Positions 1 through 11,585 of a DNA stretch of 64,000 nucleotides are shown here, piece after piece. Each line of letters starts with the position of its first letter. The first letter of the stretch is position 1. A program made the position numbers and the translations under genes. The notes beneath the pieces were generated by a model. The model made no database searches. It had not been told where the DNA came from and saw only the letters and a program-made list of their open reading frames with translations. Source of the stretch: Cycas panzhihuaensis (lineage: Eukaryota; Plantae; Cycadophyta); NCBI GenBank assembly GCA_023213395.1, contig CM041465.1, positions 93,131,741-93,195,740 on the forward strand. Direction: 5' to 3'.

Positions 1-750
1 ACCATTATCAGTAATGATAACATTAGGTAGCCTAAAACTATAAATAATATATTGAAAAATCAAAGTTATGATAATCTTACCTGTGGCTAATACTAATGGA
101 ATGGACTCATTCCTTTTGGTAAAATATTTCTTAGTAGTAATAATAAATTTATGGCCATTAGATGATGTGGGATAAATTTGCCCAATAAGATCTAAACCCC
201 ATTAAGAGAAGGACCAAAGAGAAATCACAGATTTCAACTCTTGAGTGGGTCTATGAATTAACGTAGCATGTGATTAACATTTCTCACATTTTTGAATATA
301 AGCATAAGCATCTGTAAATAGTGATACCCAATAATATCCTATACATAGGATACATTGAGTAGTAGATTGACCGCTAAAGTGACATCTATATATTCCATTA
401 TGACATTCTGATAAGGCAGTAAGAGCTTTGTTAGGAGAGAGGCACCTTAACAAAACTCCATCAAAAGAACATCATCAAGTAACAAATATTGTTAGGTAGA
501 AGCTCAAATTCTTCTTCTCTTCTTCGCCTTGAAGTAGAGGACATAATATATGGAGAAATAATGACATTTGAAGTTGTATAAGAACTTGATATTTTGAAGT
601 TGGTCATTGAAACTGTGCTATGGGTTATGAGAAAATTATTTATGGGTTGAAACCCTAACTGTCAAAGAAGGCATGCTTAAAAGCTTTATGTAGCCACAAG
701 TATGAAATGACTATTGATGTCTATAAAACTTCTACTTGTGTCACCATGCA
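1..750 (-). mobile_element. Ty3/gypsy (Tat/Ogre-like) integrase N-terminal half and end of RNase H, degenerate; continues beyond the window start
   Basis: Minus-strand translation gives DGVLLRCL..ECHNGI..HFSG..GYYW..KCEKC (HHCC zinc finger), WGLDLIG and FRLPNVIITDNG (rve core), with several stops. The upper boundary is approximate. Confidence 0.9.
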
Positions 751-801
751 ACTGATCCAACCACACAAAGATCTAAAACATGACCAAATGACAAGGGCTT
801 A

Positions 802-1350
802 TTAATAGGAAAACTCATGACCTTTATAGGAGATATATTTCTTGATCTAGATAACCATATCTTTTGCACATGCTTTAGCCTAGTGAGATTTTAGGAGGAT
901 ATCCAGTACTACGTTCTTATACTCTAAACACTTGAGCATCAATGTTCACCTTTCTTAATGCTTCTGAATAGGCAATTGCATGGTCCTTTATCCATTTAAG
1001 TTATGCCACTACTATCAATGTTGGAGGCATCAATCTTAGAGGAGGCTCCTTACCAGGAATAAGAGGGTTGGCCGCACCATAGTCCAAACTAAACTCTTCA
1101 TCAGGTTCAATAAACTTACCAGCCTGAACCACCTTTCGAGGATTATGGTCTACAATATTTACACCCAAGCTTACACCAAGAATCACATTCCTGGAAGGAT
1201 ATAGACATTAGACACATTGCAAGAAAATCCCTTTGGAATAAGCCCAAGTGATTTACTGCGCTCGGCTAGATTGACCTACTTTCCTAACCAGCGGAGTGTC
1301 TCAAACCCATCATTAAATGTAGCTGGGTACCTGTTCTTAGGAGCAAGACA
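802..1350 (-). pseudogene. Carboxylesterase (CXE11/CXE16-like alpha/beta hydrolase) gene fragment with internal deletions and stops
   Basis: Reads LAPKNRYPATFNDGFETLRWLGK*VNLAERSKSLG, then PSRNVILGVSLGVNIV..RKVVQAGK, EEFSLDYGAANPLIPGKEPPLRLMPPTLIVVA*..IKDHAIAYSEALRKVNIDA and finally GHEFSY*. These match recalled motifs of plant CXE11/16, including the GHEFSY C-terminus. Confidence 0.9.
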
Positions 1351-1354
1351 AAAA

Positions 1355-1826
1355 AGAAATAATCAATGGTTTTAATATTACACTAAGATATTTGATAATG
1401 CAGAGATTAATAACACAATCTACCGGCTTTAGGCTTTTATAGGCTTCTATTGTGCATTGAATTTCAATAGATTTGGGACCTATGTAAAGTGACTGAAGGA
1501 TCTACAGGAATCAATTTCTCATACTACAGTATTAGGAAAATATCTGATTGGACCAATTCTTATATAGTCAGTGAATTCCCTTACCTTTACTGTGGTCTTT
1601 ATGCTTGCTTCATACTTTGATGTGAATGTGAAGTGCTTGAAAGTTTTTTTTATAATCTGCCCTAAAAGAGTATTGCTGGGCTATTGAGTTTAGGGATCCA
1701 AGGTAGTCTTGTGATGATGTTTATGCTATCCTCTAAGCTCATAATGCTTAATTATGCATACATGACCATGAAGATATCCCATTTGTACACCTTCAGGTTC
1801 TGACAGCATATTGGACCTATCTTTAT
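1355..1826 (+). pseudogene. DUF72 (YecE/UPF0759-like) gene fragment, degenerate
   Basis: Plus-strand segments QWF*YYTKIFDNAEINNTIYRL, GFYCALNFNRFGTYVK*LKD and WAIEFRDPR*SCDDVYAIL*AHNA*LCIHD..LTAYWTYL follow the DUF72 motif order FDTVEINNTFY / K.SRF.TH.KRL / EFR..SW / TADW.YLR. Confidence 0.8.
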
Positions 1827-2853
1827 AAGAAAAATTATTAGCATATGGTGCATGATCAAGGGGGGTGGTAATTAGATCTTCAGCAATAACAAAGGCATAA
1901 TCAATTACATGAATATGGATAGAATTTCTTTAGATCATACTTAAAGGACATTGAAGTGTATGAGGTTGTCATCAAGTTCTTTTTCTGAATCTATTTAGGA
2001 CACAGAGTTGAAGCAGGAGTCTGTCAACTGAAGACGTCACTACTGTAAGTGTTTTGACTACAGAAAATTCTGTTTCGAACACAGGTCCTTGGATGAGTTG
2101 ATCTTAAAGTGAGTTGGTGTTGGTTCCCTTATTAACTTGGTTATGGAGGTAGTTGACACTCTTCATATCATTGCTGAAATCAGGCTCACAGTTTATGGCT
2201 CTCATGTACAGCTAGTAGGATGTGATGGCAGATCTAAAGCTCCAAAAATTTGTAATAATGGATGTATGAATACATTAAGAAAATATCTTCTCGGAGAACA
2301 CCTAGATTGGCCTTTGAATAAGTTAATAACTAGGTAGGTACATTTTGAGCAGGTTACCTGCAATACCGACATTAGAGGAATCTCCCACATGGTTAGAAGT
2401 GGTTTCGTGATTTGTTTCCTTATTCATATTACCACTAGTATTGGCATGTGAAGGACTTGCCATTCATGCTATCCAGGAGAGGATAGGTTGTTAGAATAGA
2501 ATATCTAATTGGATCGATGATTGCGAAGCTTGACAGTGCGGTTAGTGGGCAGAGAGGACCTGAAGGTGAGAGCATCGTCTTGAATTCCTGAAGGCCTACA
2601 TTTGAAGCTAGAGAACCTTTAGAGTGGAATGTCCTTATAGACCATGGAGGTATTCAGAGATAACGTGCCCCAAGTGCCTCAAATGCAAGGAATGGACTCA
2701 TAGTTATATTAAAGTATTTTCTTAAGGATTACACAGGTCAAGTAGATCTTTCAAGATTGGTGGAGAGAATTCTACTGTGGTAGCTCACCTCAAATATTTA
2801 TCAAGGAAAATCTTCCTTGAGTAATATTCTCTAGCTCAACTTAGCCATACAAT

Positions 2854-4334
2854 ATGGAGTTGAGTGAGGTTATTACCTTTGTAGCAGAAAAAAGGGAGTT
2901 TTGGGAAACAGACACCAACATAGTGTTACCTAAATATGTTGGAGTCAATTTTCAAATATGGAAAATTAAGATGGAATGTGTTTTTAGAATAAAAGGGATA
3001 TGGAATCTTGTACTTGGAAGAGTTTTAATTAATGATGAAGGGGAGGTAAACTTCATGAAGACAAATAGAGTATCCATTGATTCCATGATTGCAGCCTTTG
3101 ACAAGGAGAACTTCCACTCTTCATATCACTTTCTTATACAAACACTTTAAAATATAGACTTAGCTGAAGAGGTGTGGAACTTACTAGTAGAAGTACATGA
3201 ACAAGGACCTGGAGAAGTGAAAAGGCATATCATAAGATCATGAAACCAAAAGAAGAAATTGAAAATAAAAGGTAAAAGACAAACTGACTCTGGTAAGGCC
3301 AATCCACCTAAAGACTTAACAAATGAAAAGTTAAAATCTAATGAAGACAATAAAGATGTCAATCTATCAAATAACATGAGCCTTACTAAGATTACAGGAA
3401 AGCCCACATTTGGGAATGCCAGTAGAGTGGAACTTGAAGAACTTGAACCTCAATCTCTGCAGGTAATACCTAATGAATGTGCAGGTCACTTAACAAAAAG
3501 CATGAGCAATATCATCCCGGTTTGTGTTGATAGATATGTAGCCAGGATTCAAATGATGATAGGATACACAATAATATGCACTTATTAGAGACTATGCATT
3601 ATTGTACTCAATTCAACCACATCCTTTGTGTTTATCTTTAAGAGAATTCAAATTATGGCAACATGCCCTACAAGGACATTAGAAAGAAGGAACATGGTAA
3701 GAATATCTTATAATCAAAATCTTGTGCATCAAGATTACTACATGTTTTGGGTAGGATACTTGATCTTGAAGCTCAACCATATCAAGGTAATATTTCACAT
3801 TTGTGTAGCAGTAATAGGGAAATATGTGCATATGACCATAATAAAGACTCTCATCACTTTTGGCACTACAAATTTCCTAAATAACATGAAAGGAACAAAG
3901 TATCATGTTCAAGGAAAATTTGGAAATGAATCATTATTGCTTGGTTCTTTTCAAGGAGGTGACCAATGGATTGAGAAATCAATCAGCTTAGTAGGCTTAG
4001 AAATAGATAAAAAGAAGTCAATCTATTTCATACTTATTCTAGGATGACCATACCTTCACTAGGAATACATAAGAAGATCCATCAAATAGGAATCAAGCGG
4101 CAATATAGCAAATAAAGCATACATGTTTTGTAGTATATTGGATGATGATGAAGTTCAAGACATCATCTTCTAGAAATTTCCAAAGCTTAGAAGATGGAAG
4201 TTCAAATAACTTTTTAGAGTCAAACTCTATGTCAGTTTTGTCATATTATCTTTAGTTTCATGTTAAGTCATATGTTAATATGTGTCCATTATGTCAAATT
4301 GTTCTTAGTTCAAACATTAAACATTAAGGGGAGG
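2854..4334 (+). mobile_element. Non-autonomous copia element X: truncated gag, vestigial pol, PPT
   Basis: LPKYVGVNFQIWKIKMECVFRIKGIWNLV is a copia gag N-terminus. No integrase or RT core is recognisable. PPT aaggggagg at 4326-4334. Confidence 0.75.
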
Positions 4335-4684
4335 TGTTAGAATATAATATTTAATGTTGTATGAGTCTTAGGGTCAATAGTTTCAAGTATTAGAGGGTAA
4401 GAGTCATTTGTCATTATAATATTATTGGTGAAATTAGTAGTGTAATGTCATTAGTTAGAGTACAGATAATAGTCCCACATGCATTAGATCTATAGTGTGA
4501 TCTCCCACCCACTTAGTATATAAAAGTGGTTGTGGTGGTATATGAAAAACAAGTCATCATAGTGACTCATATTGAGTCCTTGATGTATTAGAGTTATGCT
4601 TATATTAATCAAGTGAAGGTTATGTTTGGTTATTTTTATTATGGCGTATGTGGTGATTGATGCCTTCTATGTTAAAATGTAACA
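4335..4684 (+). repeat. 3' LTR of element X (5' LTR not found)
   Basis: TGTTA...TAACA termini directly after the PPT, internal TATATAAAA. It abuts the gypsy RT exactly at the MDGFS codons. Confidence 0.8.
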
Positions 4685-7600
4685 GAGAAACCATCCATGA
4701 GAGGCATAACTTTAAAACCTGTTATTTGGTCCCAAATTTACTCTAGGAAAGGAAGAGGAAAATTATCTTTGGGATAGGAATCATTGATATCTTGGAAATC
4801 AATGCATATTCTAATAGATCCATTCTTCTTGGCAATTAGAACTATATTTAAAACCCATTAGGAGTCATCCACACTTTTGATGAATCTAGCTTTCAGTAAA
4901 CTTTTAACTTCTTGTTTAATTACACTAAATAGACAGGGATGCATAGGTCTTTGCTTTTGACTCTTAGGACTAGAACTATAAATACCAATTATATTATGCT
5001 CAGTAGTATCATAATGAATACCTTGCATATTGTTATAATCCTAGGCAAAAATAGAATTATACTCTTAAAAGAAATCCTTAAACTGGGAAATCTCTTTGAG
5101 GGAACAACTAGCCCCAACTTTAATGATCTTTGGAGTACCTCTTAATCCAAATCAATATCAATCGTCTCTCTTATAAGCATAGTATTACCTTCTTCAAAAT
5201 GAGGAGAAGTAGGTTCTATTAAAGAAATTGATTCCTTAGATTGAGGGTGAGTAGCTAGCAATGAATCTGGATGTATTGCTTTTGTAAAACCTAATTTATG
5301 GTGATGAAAAGAAAGACTAGGTATGGATCCAGCCATATACTCAAGAATTATTTCATCATTCTTAGAATGATCTAACTAAAATAGATTGATACGAATTGTA
5401 TTTTTTAGTTGGTCACATGAGTGAGGTGATGGCTCAACAATTTAGGAGTTATCAAATGAAGAACAATTATAAGCTAGTAAAAACTTAATAACCAAAGGAA
5501 CTTAAGTTAATAGGAAAGGCCAATCTATAAATTCCTAAACTAAAGTAAAAATTTATTTGAACTCTTTATGGTGAAAGAAAGGTCATAACCAAAGGGGACT
5601 ACCTAAATTAGAGGTGATAAAGAATCATTAATAGAGTTATGAGGAGAAAAGGAAATAATCAAAACCACATTAACTTCTCATACTCTATTGGGTAGAATTT
5701 GAACTATTTTAGATGAAACAAAAGATAAGGCAACCTCATCTTTAGATATTAAATTTGGATGTTTATATATAAGGAGCTTTCTTTCATGTCAATTAAGCCA
5801 CATAATAAAGAAAGAAGATAAAATAAGAATGGGTGTCATAGGTGGAGGTACGACATTTGAAGACAAAATTAGTTATTTAGATAAAGGAGTAATTATACCA
5901 ATAGAGACTAAGACATCTCTATCTAAAGGTAGATGTAATACTTATGAAAATTAACATTGATTTAAAAGTGATAGATTAGAATCAACTTCTCAAGTTATAG
6001 AAAGTTTTTCACAAGATTGATTGACATCATATCTCTCTTCCTCAAGAGAGGGAATAGAAGACTAAGATGCTTGAGTAAAGTGAATGTGATTAGATGAAGG
6101 AGGAGAGCCTAGTTTAAAAGGGACAACTTCAACTATATCAATGCATTTAACATCTGTATGAGGAGAAGAGGAAGTCTTAATAGCAAAATATTGTCCTAAA
6201 CCTAAAGATTAAGAAAAATATTTAGAAGAATTTAATGACTCACCAGGTTCAAAAATATACTCAACAAAAGGTACAAATTACTTGAATGGTTTGGGTTTGC
6301 ATTTAACAATTTTTAATTCACCTTCATGGATGAATCAAAGTTCTCTAAACAGTGACGAGCAAATAATAACCATTTGGATGATCCAGGGTTTACCTAAAAG
6401 GATATTATATTCCAAATCAAGGTCAATGATAGTCAATTCAATAAAGACTATCTTTCCTTCTAAAGTTAAGGGTGAAGTTACTTGGTTGAGAGGAATCTTT
6501 TAATTTTTATTGTAACCATGATAAATCCATTTACAAGCATAAAAAATTGAGATCTCTAAATCTTCTACAAGGTGAAGAGGGATAACATTAACAAATGAAT
6601 GCTCAGGAATGATAATATGTATGATATTTATGTCATCCTTAATAATCTTGATATAAAAAGGAGAAATTTTATTAGGAGCATGATTAGCTTGATTTGACAA
6701 AGTAGGTAAATTGAAGGAAAGGGTAGAACTAGATGAACTAACATGAGTAAGGACTCCTAAATTATTGAACAAAATCTATCATTACTTAGAGCAATACTTT
6801 AACAAGTTAATAATAGATATCTTAATGGGAATAGTCTTCAACTCTTCAATAAAAGAAAATGATCCATCCTTCAAATTAGAGGGAATGGAATGGAATCTAA
6901 TGGGACAAGAGGGAAAGTTTTGGTAAAGAGTTAAGGGTTTTATTCATCAAATCATTAGATGATTTAGAATGACTAGAACTCTTTATAGTTTCAACCATAT
7001 TGATGGCTCTTTTAGTTTCTCCACCTTTAGAAGGTGGACAAGTTTGATTATTAACATGCTTCATTGTGGGATTAGAAGAAGAATCTAGTTTTCTTGATTG
7101 ATTAGGTTCTAAACTTTTAGCTTCAGTATTCTCTACTTGCTTTCTCTTACCTTTTAACTTATGCTTCTCTTCATTATCCTCATGCTAAGGTAATGGATCT
7201 TTATTGATTAATTGATCTTGAGAGGACGTAGAAGCTTAATTATTCTAAGTAGTAGGCTTTTGGTTCATTGCTTAAACAATGTGACATTAACTCCTATTAT
7301 ACATGTTTATTTGGTGGCATAGACACCATTTAGACTTCCTCATAGGAGGAGAAGGTATATGAGGGTTTTGACCTTCTCTTCCTTTTGTAAGATAAATTAC
7401 TTTTGGTTGCTGATTAGGAGGATTAGGAGAGGTGTCATCAACGTGTAACTTAGAATTGATTACATGCTCTAATGATTTGATTGACAATATAAAGTGGTCA
7501 TATGAATGAGTAGATTTAGATGCTTAAATCGATTCTTTAGAAGGAACTACCTTACCAAGCTTCTTAATACCTACTTGGATTTCAAAAGTCTCTAATGCAA

Positions 7601-8900
7601 GACACCAAATAAAAACTTCCTCATACACCTAAGGGCCTAACTTAAGAACCTCAAGATGAACACAGAACCTCAAAGCATTTGCAAATAATTTAAAAAGAAG
7701 ATTCAAATCTAATTCAGAATGACATGCATGAACTTGATTTTAAAATTTTCTTACAAATTCTGAGAAGATTTATCATGATTTTGTTTAATAGTTAACAATG
7801 ATTTGATTTCAGATTTAAATGGTCTTACCACATCAAAGTAATTGATAAAGGAATCAACTAGTTATTGGAAAGAGAGGATGAAAGCAAAGGGAAGATGATA
7901 AAACCACTTCAAAGCATCCCCTTACAGTAACTTGGGAAACAAACACATCATGACATAATCATATGGCATGAAGTCAATGCATGCAAGTGCAAATGCTCGT
8001 ATGTGAGATGCTAGAACTTGAGAAGACTCTGTCAAAAACTTAGGAAGTTTGGGGAGGAAAAGAGGCATGGGAGACAAGAGGATCTCTTATGGAAAGGGGG
8101 ACCTCATGTAGTCTAATAAAGATTTCCTTGACCTCAACATTGAGGAATGTTGAGGTAAGCAGGATAAATAAGGGACTGAAGAAGTAGTAGGCTATTGTTT
8201 ATAAGAGGTAGGATGAGTAGAAGGAGTTGTGTGGGGTTAAACTAAGATAATGGATTAACCATTAAATTGGTTTGAGGTATAAGAATATGAGGGAACATAA
8301 GATTAAAATAAGGAATAAGAGTTTATTGAGAAAATGACCTGGGAATATAAGATGAAGAAGTAGGATTAATTGGTTGAATAAATTTGGATTGATTAATCAA
8401 AGTATAAAAGTAAGAGGCTTGAGCATTCAAAATAGGATTAAATTATGGAAAAGGGTTAAATGGGGAATAAGGAGGTGGTGGCTTGATGATCTAATAGATA
8501 ACATTATAGGAAACTACTTGTTGTTGAGGTTGAGTTAAAATAATAACATAATATAAAGAAGTTAGCTTACTAGAATATGAAAGAATTGGTCTAAGTGTGG
8601 AAGTTGATGGACCAACATAATGGAAAGTAGAAACATGATAGGCAATAGGATTCCTTTGAGTGGGTGACTCAAGAGGTTTCTCATATGTAGAAGATGTAAT
8701 AAGAGGAGGATAATTTTGGCTTTTATGGCAAGTGAGATGAAATAAGAGATTGTGAATGAACTGATCTATTATCCTTAGCTTCCTTGGAAGGGGAAGAGGA
8801 TGGTCTTGGAGTAGGAGGATGAGATGGTAAAGGGGATTGAGTCACCATAGGAGTACCAAATGACACAACCTTCATTGACTCATACTCCTTATAAAGTAGA
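4685..8900 (-). mobile_element. Tat/Ogre-like gypsy gag-protease-RT (N-terminal part), degenerate
   Basis: Gag PKLPKF..HIRAF..GDALKWFYHLP (~7800-8060), protease-like SPFYIKII..SFVNVIP (~6580-6670) and RT RICIDFQDIN..PKDNFPLP..MDGFS (4685-4820). Confidence 0.88.
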
Positions 8901-9361
8901 TCAAACCAATGATGCTAAGAAGAAGTAGATATGGTATGACTCTTAGGATGAAAAGTTTCATAATAACTAGGAATATAAATTGGAGAAAAATTTTTGACAA
9001 GAGTAGGCTCAAGGTAGGATGAAGGTACCTGAACATGAGGAATCTATTCTTGAACAAAAGAAGAGGTAGGAAATGGAGCACTACCAACAAACTGAGAAGA
9101 TACTTTAGAGTACCCTTACTCAATGGGTACTTTATACAATTGATATGATCCCTTGAGCAGATACAAATAGGTATCATATACTTGTTGCTTATAAGGATCT
9201 ACATGGGTTAACAAAATTTCATGAGTGGGATGCAAGTGTTGAGATTCAAAGTCTAGAGAAAGACCATGAAGACTTAATGACTTTCTTTATTACAATGTCA
9301 GCATGATCTCTATAAGATAAGGATGCATGACTAATGATATAAAAATAAAGATAAAAGGCAA

Positions 9362-11585
9362 CTCCCTAATATGGTCACCAGAAAGATGGTTGTTTAGGAA
9401 TTAGTCTAGGCTAAGTACCTCTAAAAAACTATATGTTTCTTCTATTTAAATTAAGTAGTGAGACATATATCAGCCTATAAGTTCCTTAAAATCAACTTTT
9501 ATTAACTCCTAAGAAGGAGGCTCTATTTGTTTATGTTTTATAATTGAAAGTAAATTTAAATGAGTAAGAGGATAAAATATGTAGTAATGACTTAGTGAAA
9601 GAATATCCTAGCCCACACAAATAGGTAGAGAAGAGTTGAGTTCAAATCTACACTAATAATGTTTTTATTTTAGGTCTCTCCTTTATTTCTTTTAATATTT
9701 TATTTATTTATTTTAAGAAAAGAAAGATAGCCATATCATATGGTCATACACTCCTAAACTGATTTATATCAAAAGAAAAACAACAAATAAAGCTAAAAGG
9801 AATCATATTAAACCAAAAAGAAATCACACTCTTTTCTGTTTTTTTAAGTAAACTTTTTTAAGAAACATAAAAAAATAATAAAATTAATATAAACCCTTTT
9901 CTAAATATGTTTAACAAGTTTTTTAAAAAATGGAAAACAAATGAAAACAAACTTTACAAAAAAAACCTTCACACATATGTAAATGATAAAGGTTGAGGGA
10001 ATATGAAGATTCTTTCTAGTCCTTCCTCTTACATTTGTGATTTTAATGGAGTGTTTGACTTTTTAACCATGAAATAATTTCAAAAGAGGGAGACAAACCA
10101 TAGAGTATAGCATGCAATGTTTATAATCCATATGCAAGCTTAAATTCACTTGCATGGCCCATGAAAGGCAACATGTAAGATGTAAAATTTGATATGATCC
10201 ATTGAGAGCTTAAACATAGGAGTATGGAAAGAGCTAACATTTGTTTTAATAATATACAACCATAAAATTTGATAAATTCATTCCATCTCTTATAAAATAA
10301 GTAAGAAGAAGGACATGCAAAGCCTATTATTTCTTTTCTTCTCATTTGTGTGCTCTTTTGCAAAAAGAAAGAACAAATAAAGAATCAAGGAAACCATACT
10401 AAATAACCACAAACATTTTCAATGAAAATCACCATAGTTGTGTCTTAGGATAATAATCTTCCATTTTCCTACCAATCTTTCACCAATTTTCCTTTTAAAA
10501 TATAAAACAAAAAGGATAAATTATAAAGATATCATAATACTGAGACCAAAACAAGAGGGATAGGATAATTTTTTTTCAAGAAACTTGACTTCTATGGAGA
10601 ATGGGAGGGAAAAGCTATAAAATGATGATGAAGAGGAAGATCTCTCTTTACTATAGCTAACCCTTATAAATTCCATAAAGGGCTAACCTTTCAGCCAAGA
10701 ATTTTTTAAGGAAATAGAGATCATAATAAGAACTAGATCCAAGATAGAGAAGATAACATAAAGAAGGCATAATATGACCATCAATTCTTCAAAATACAAG
10801 CAAAGGAGTGGTGGAAAAGCATTATCAAGATTCTAATAAGAGAGTTGGAGCTCATATAAAGACTTCGGAAAAGATAAACATTTTAATAAATCTCAAAAAA
10901 AAGAGTTTCAGCAACACTTTCAAAATCTCCAAGTCTCTTCTCCGTTGATCCTCTCTTTTTCACTTTCTTTTCTACCAAAAGATGCAACAGTTACTAGTTC
11001 TCTTAATTCTATGGGTTTTTAGGTGAAAAGGAGGATTATCACATGTAATTTAGGTGGTGACATATAAAGTTAGAAAGAAAATGGCATGCATTACTTAAAA
11101 ATTATTTGCATATAACAAAAATATCAATGATTATTAGAAACTAAAAGGAAAAATGACCTTATTAAAAGATCATTAATTAAGAAGAGGTCCAAAATCTCCA
11201 TAAATTAAAAAGTGTAAAATCAAGAGGAAAATATGTAAAAAGAAGTGAATTAAAAGAAAAGTAGATCAGAATGGATTAGAGAAAAGATTTGTTACTATAA
11301 TTTTTCATTCATCAATACATTGAATTATCATCAATTATCATCAATACCAAGATTACATTTCACCAAAATCACATAAAATCCATTGAAAGCATAATATGAA
11401 ATTCTAAATAAATCAATCTCATTTAATAGAAAAATACACTCACAATCAAGTAAAATAATTAATAAGATAAATGCAAATCAATTAGGGGCAAGATTTTGGT
11501 GAAAGGCCAAATTTGTCATGAGTTAATTCTCCAAGAAATCCAAATGAAGTCACCTATTACAAATTCCAAAAATGAGGATATTATG
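9362..11585 (-). repeat. Putative PBS and 5' LTR of the Tat/Ogre element
   Basis: 9362-9380 reads TGGTGACCATATTAGGGA on the minus strand, resembling the Ogre tRNA-Arg PBS. About 2.2 kb of non-coding DNA follows, ending aaaatgaggatattat (decayed ...GGGATATTACA). No partner LTR in the window. Confidence 0.4.

Noticed and set aside
880-960. KVNIDA read as a plant non-LTR RNase H motif
   Set aside because: The context (AIAYSEALRKVNIDA...GHEFSY) fits a carboxylesterase C-terminus.
8132-8157. 10-bp perfect inverted repeat in gypsy gag
   Set aside because: A single occurrence, compatible with chance.
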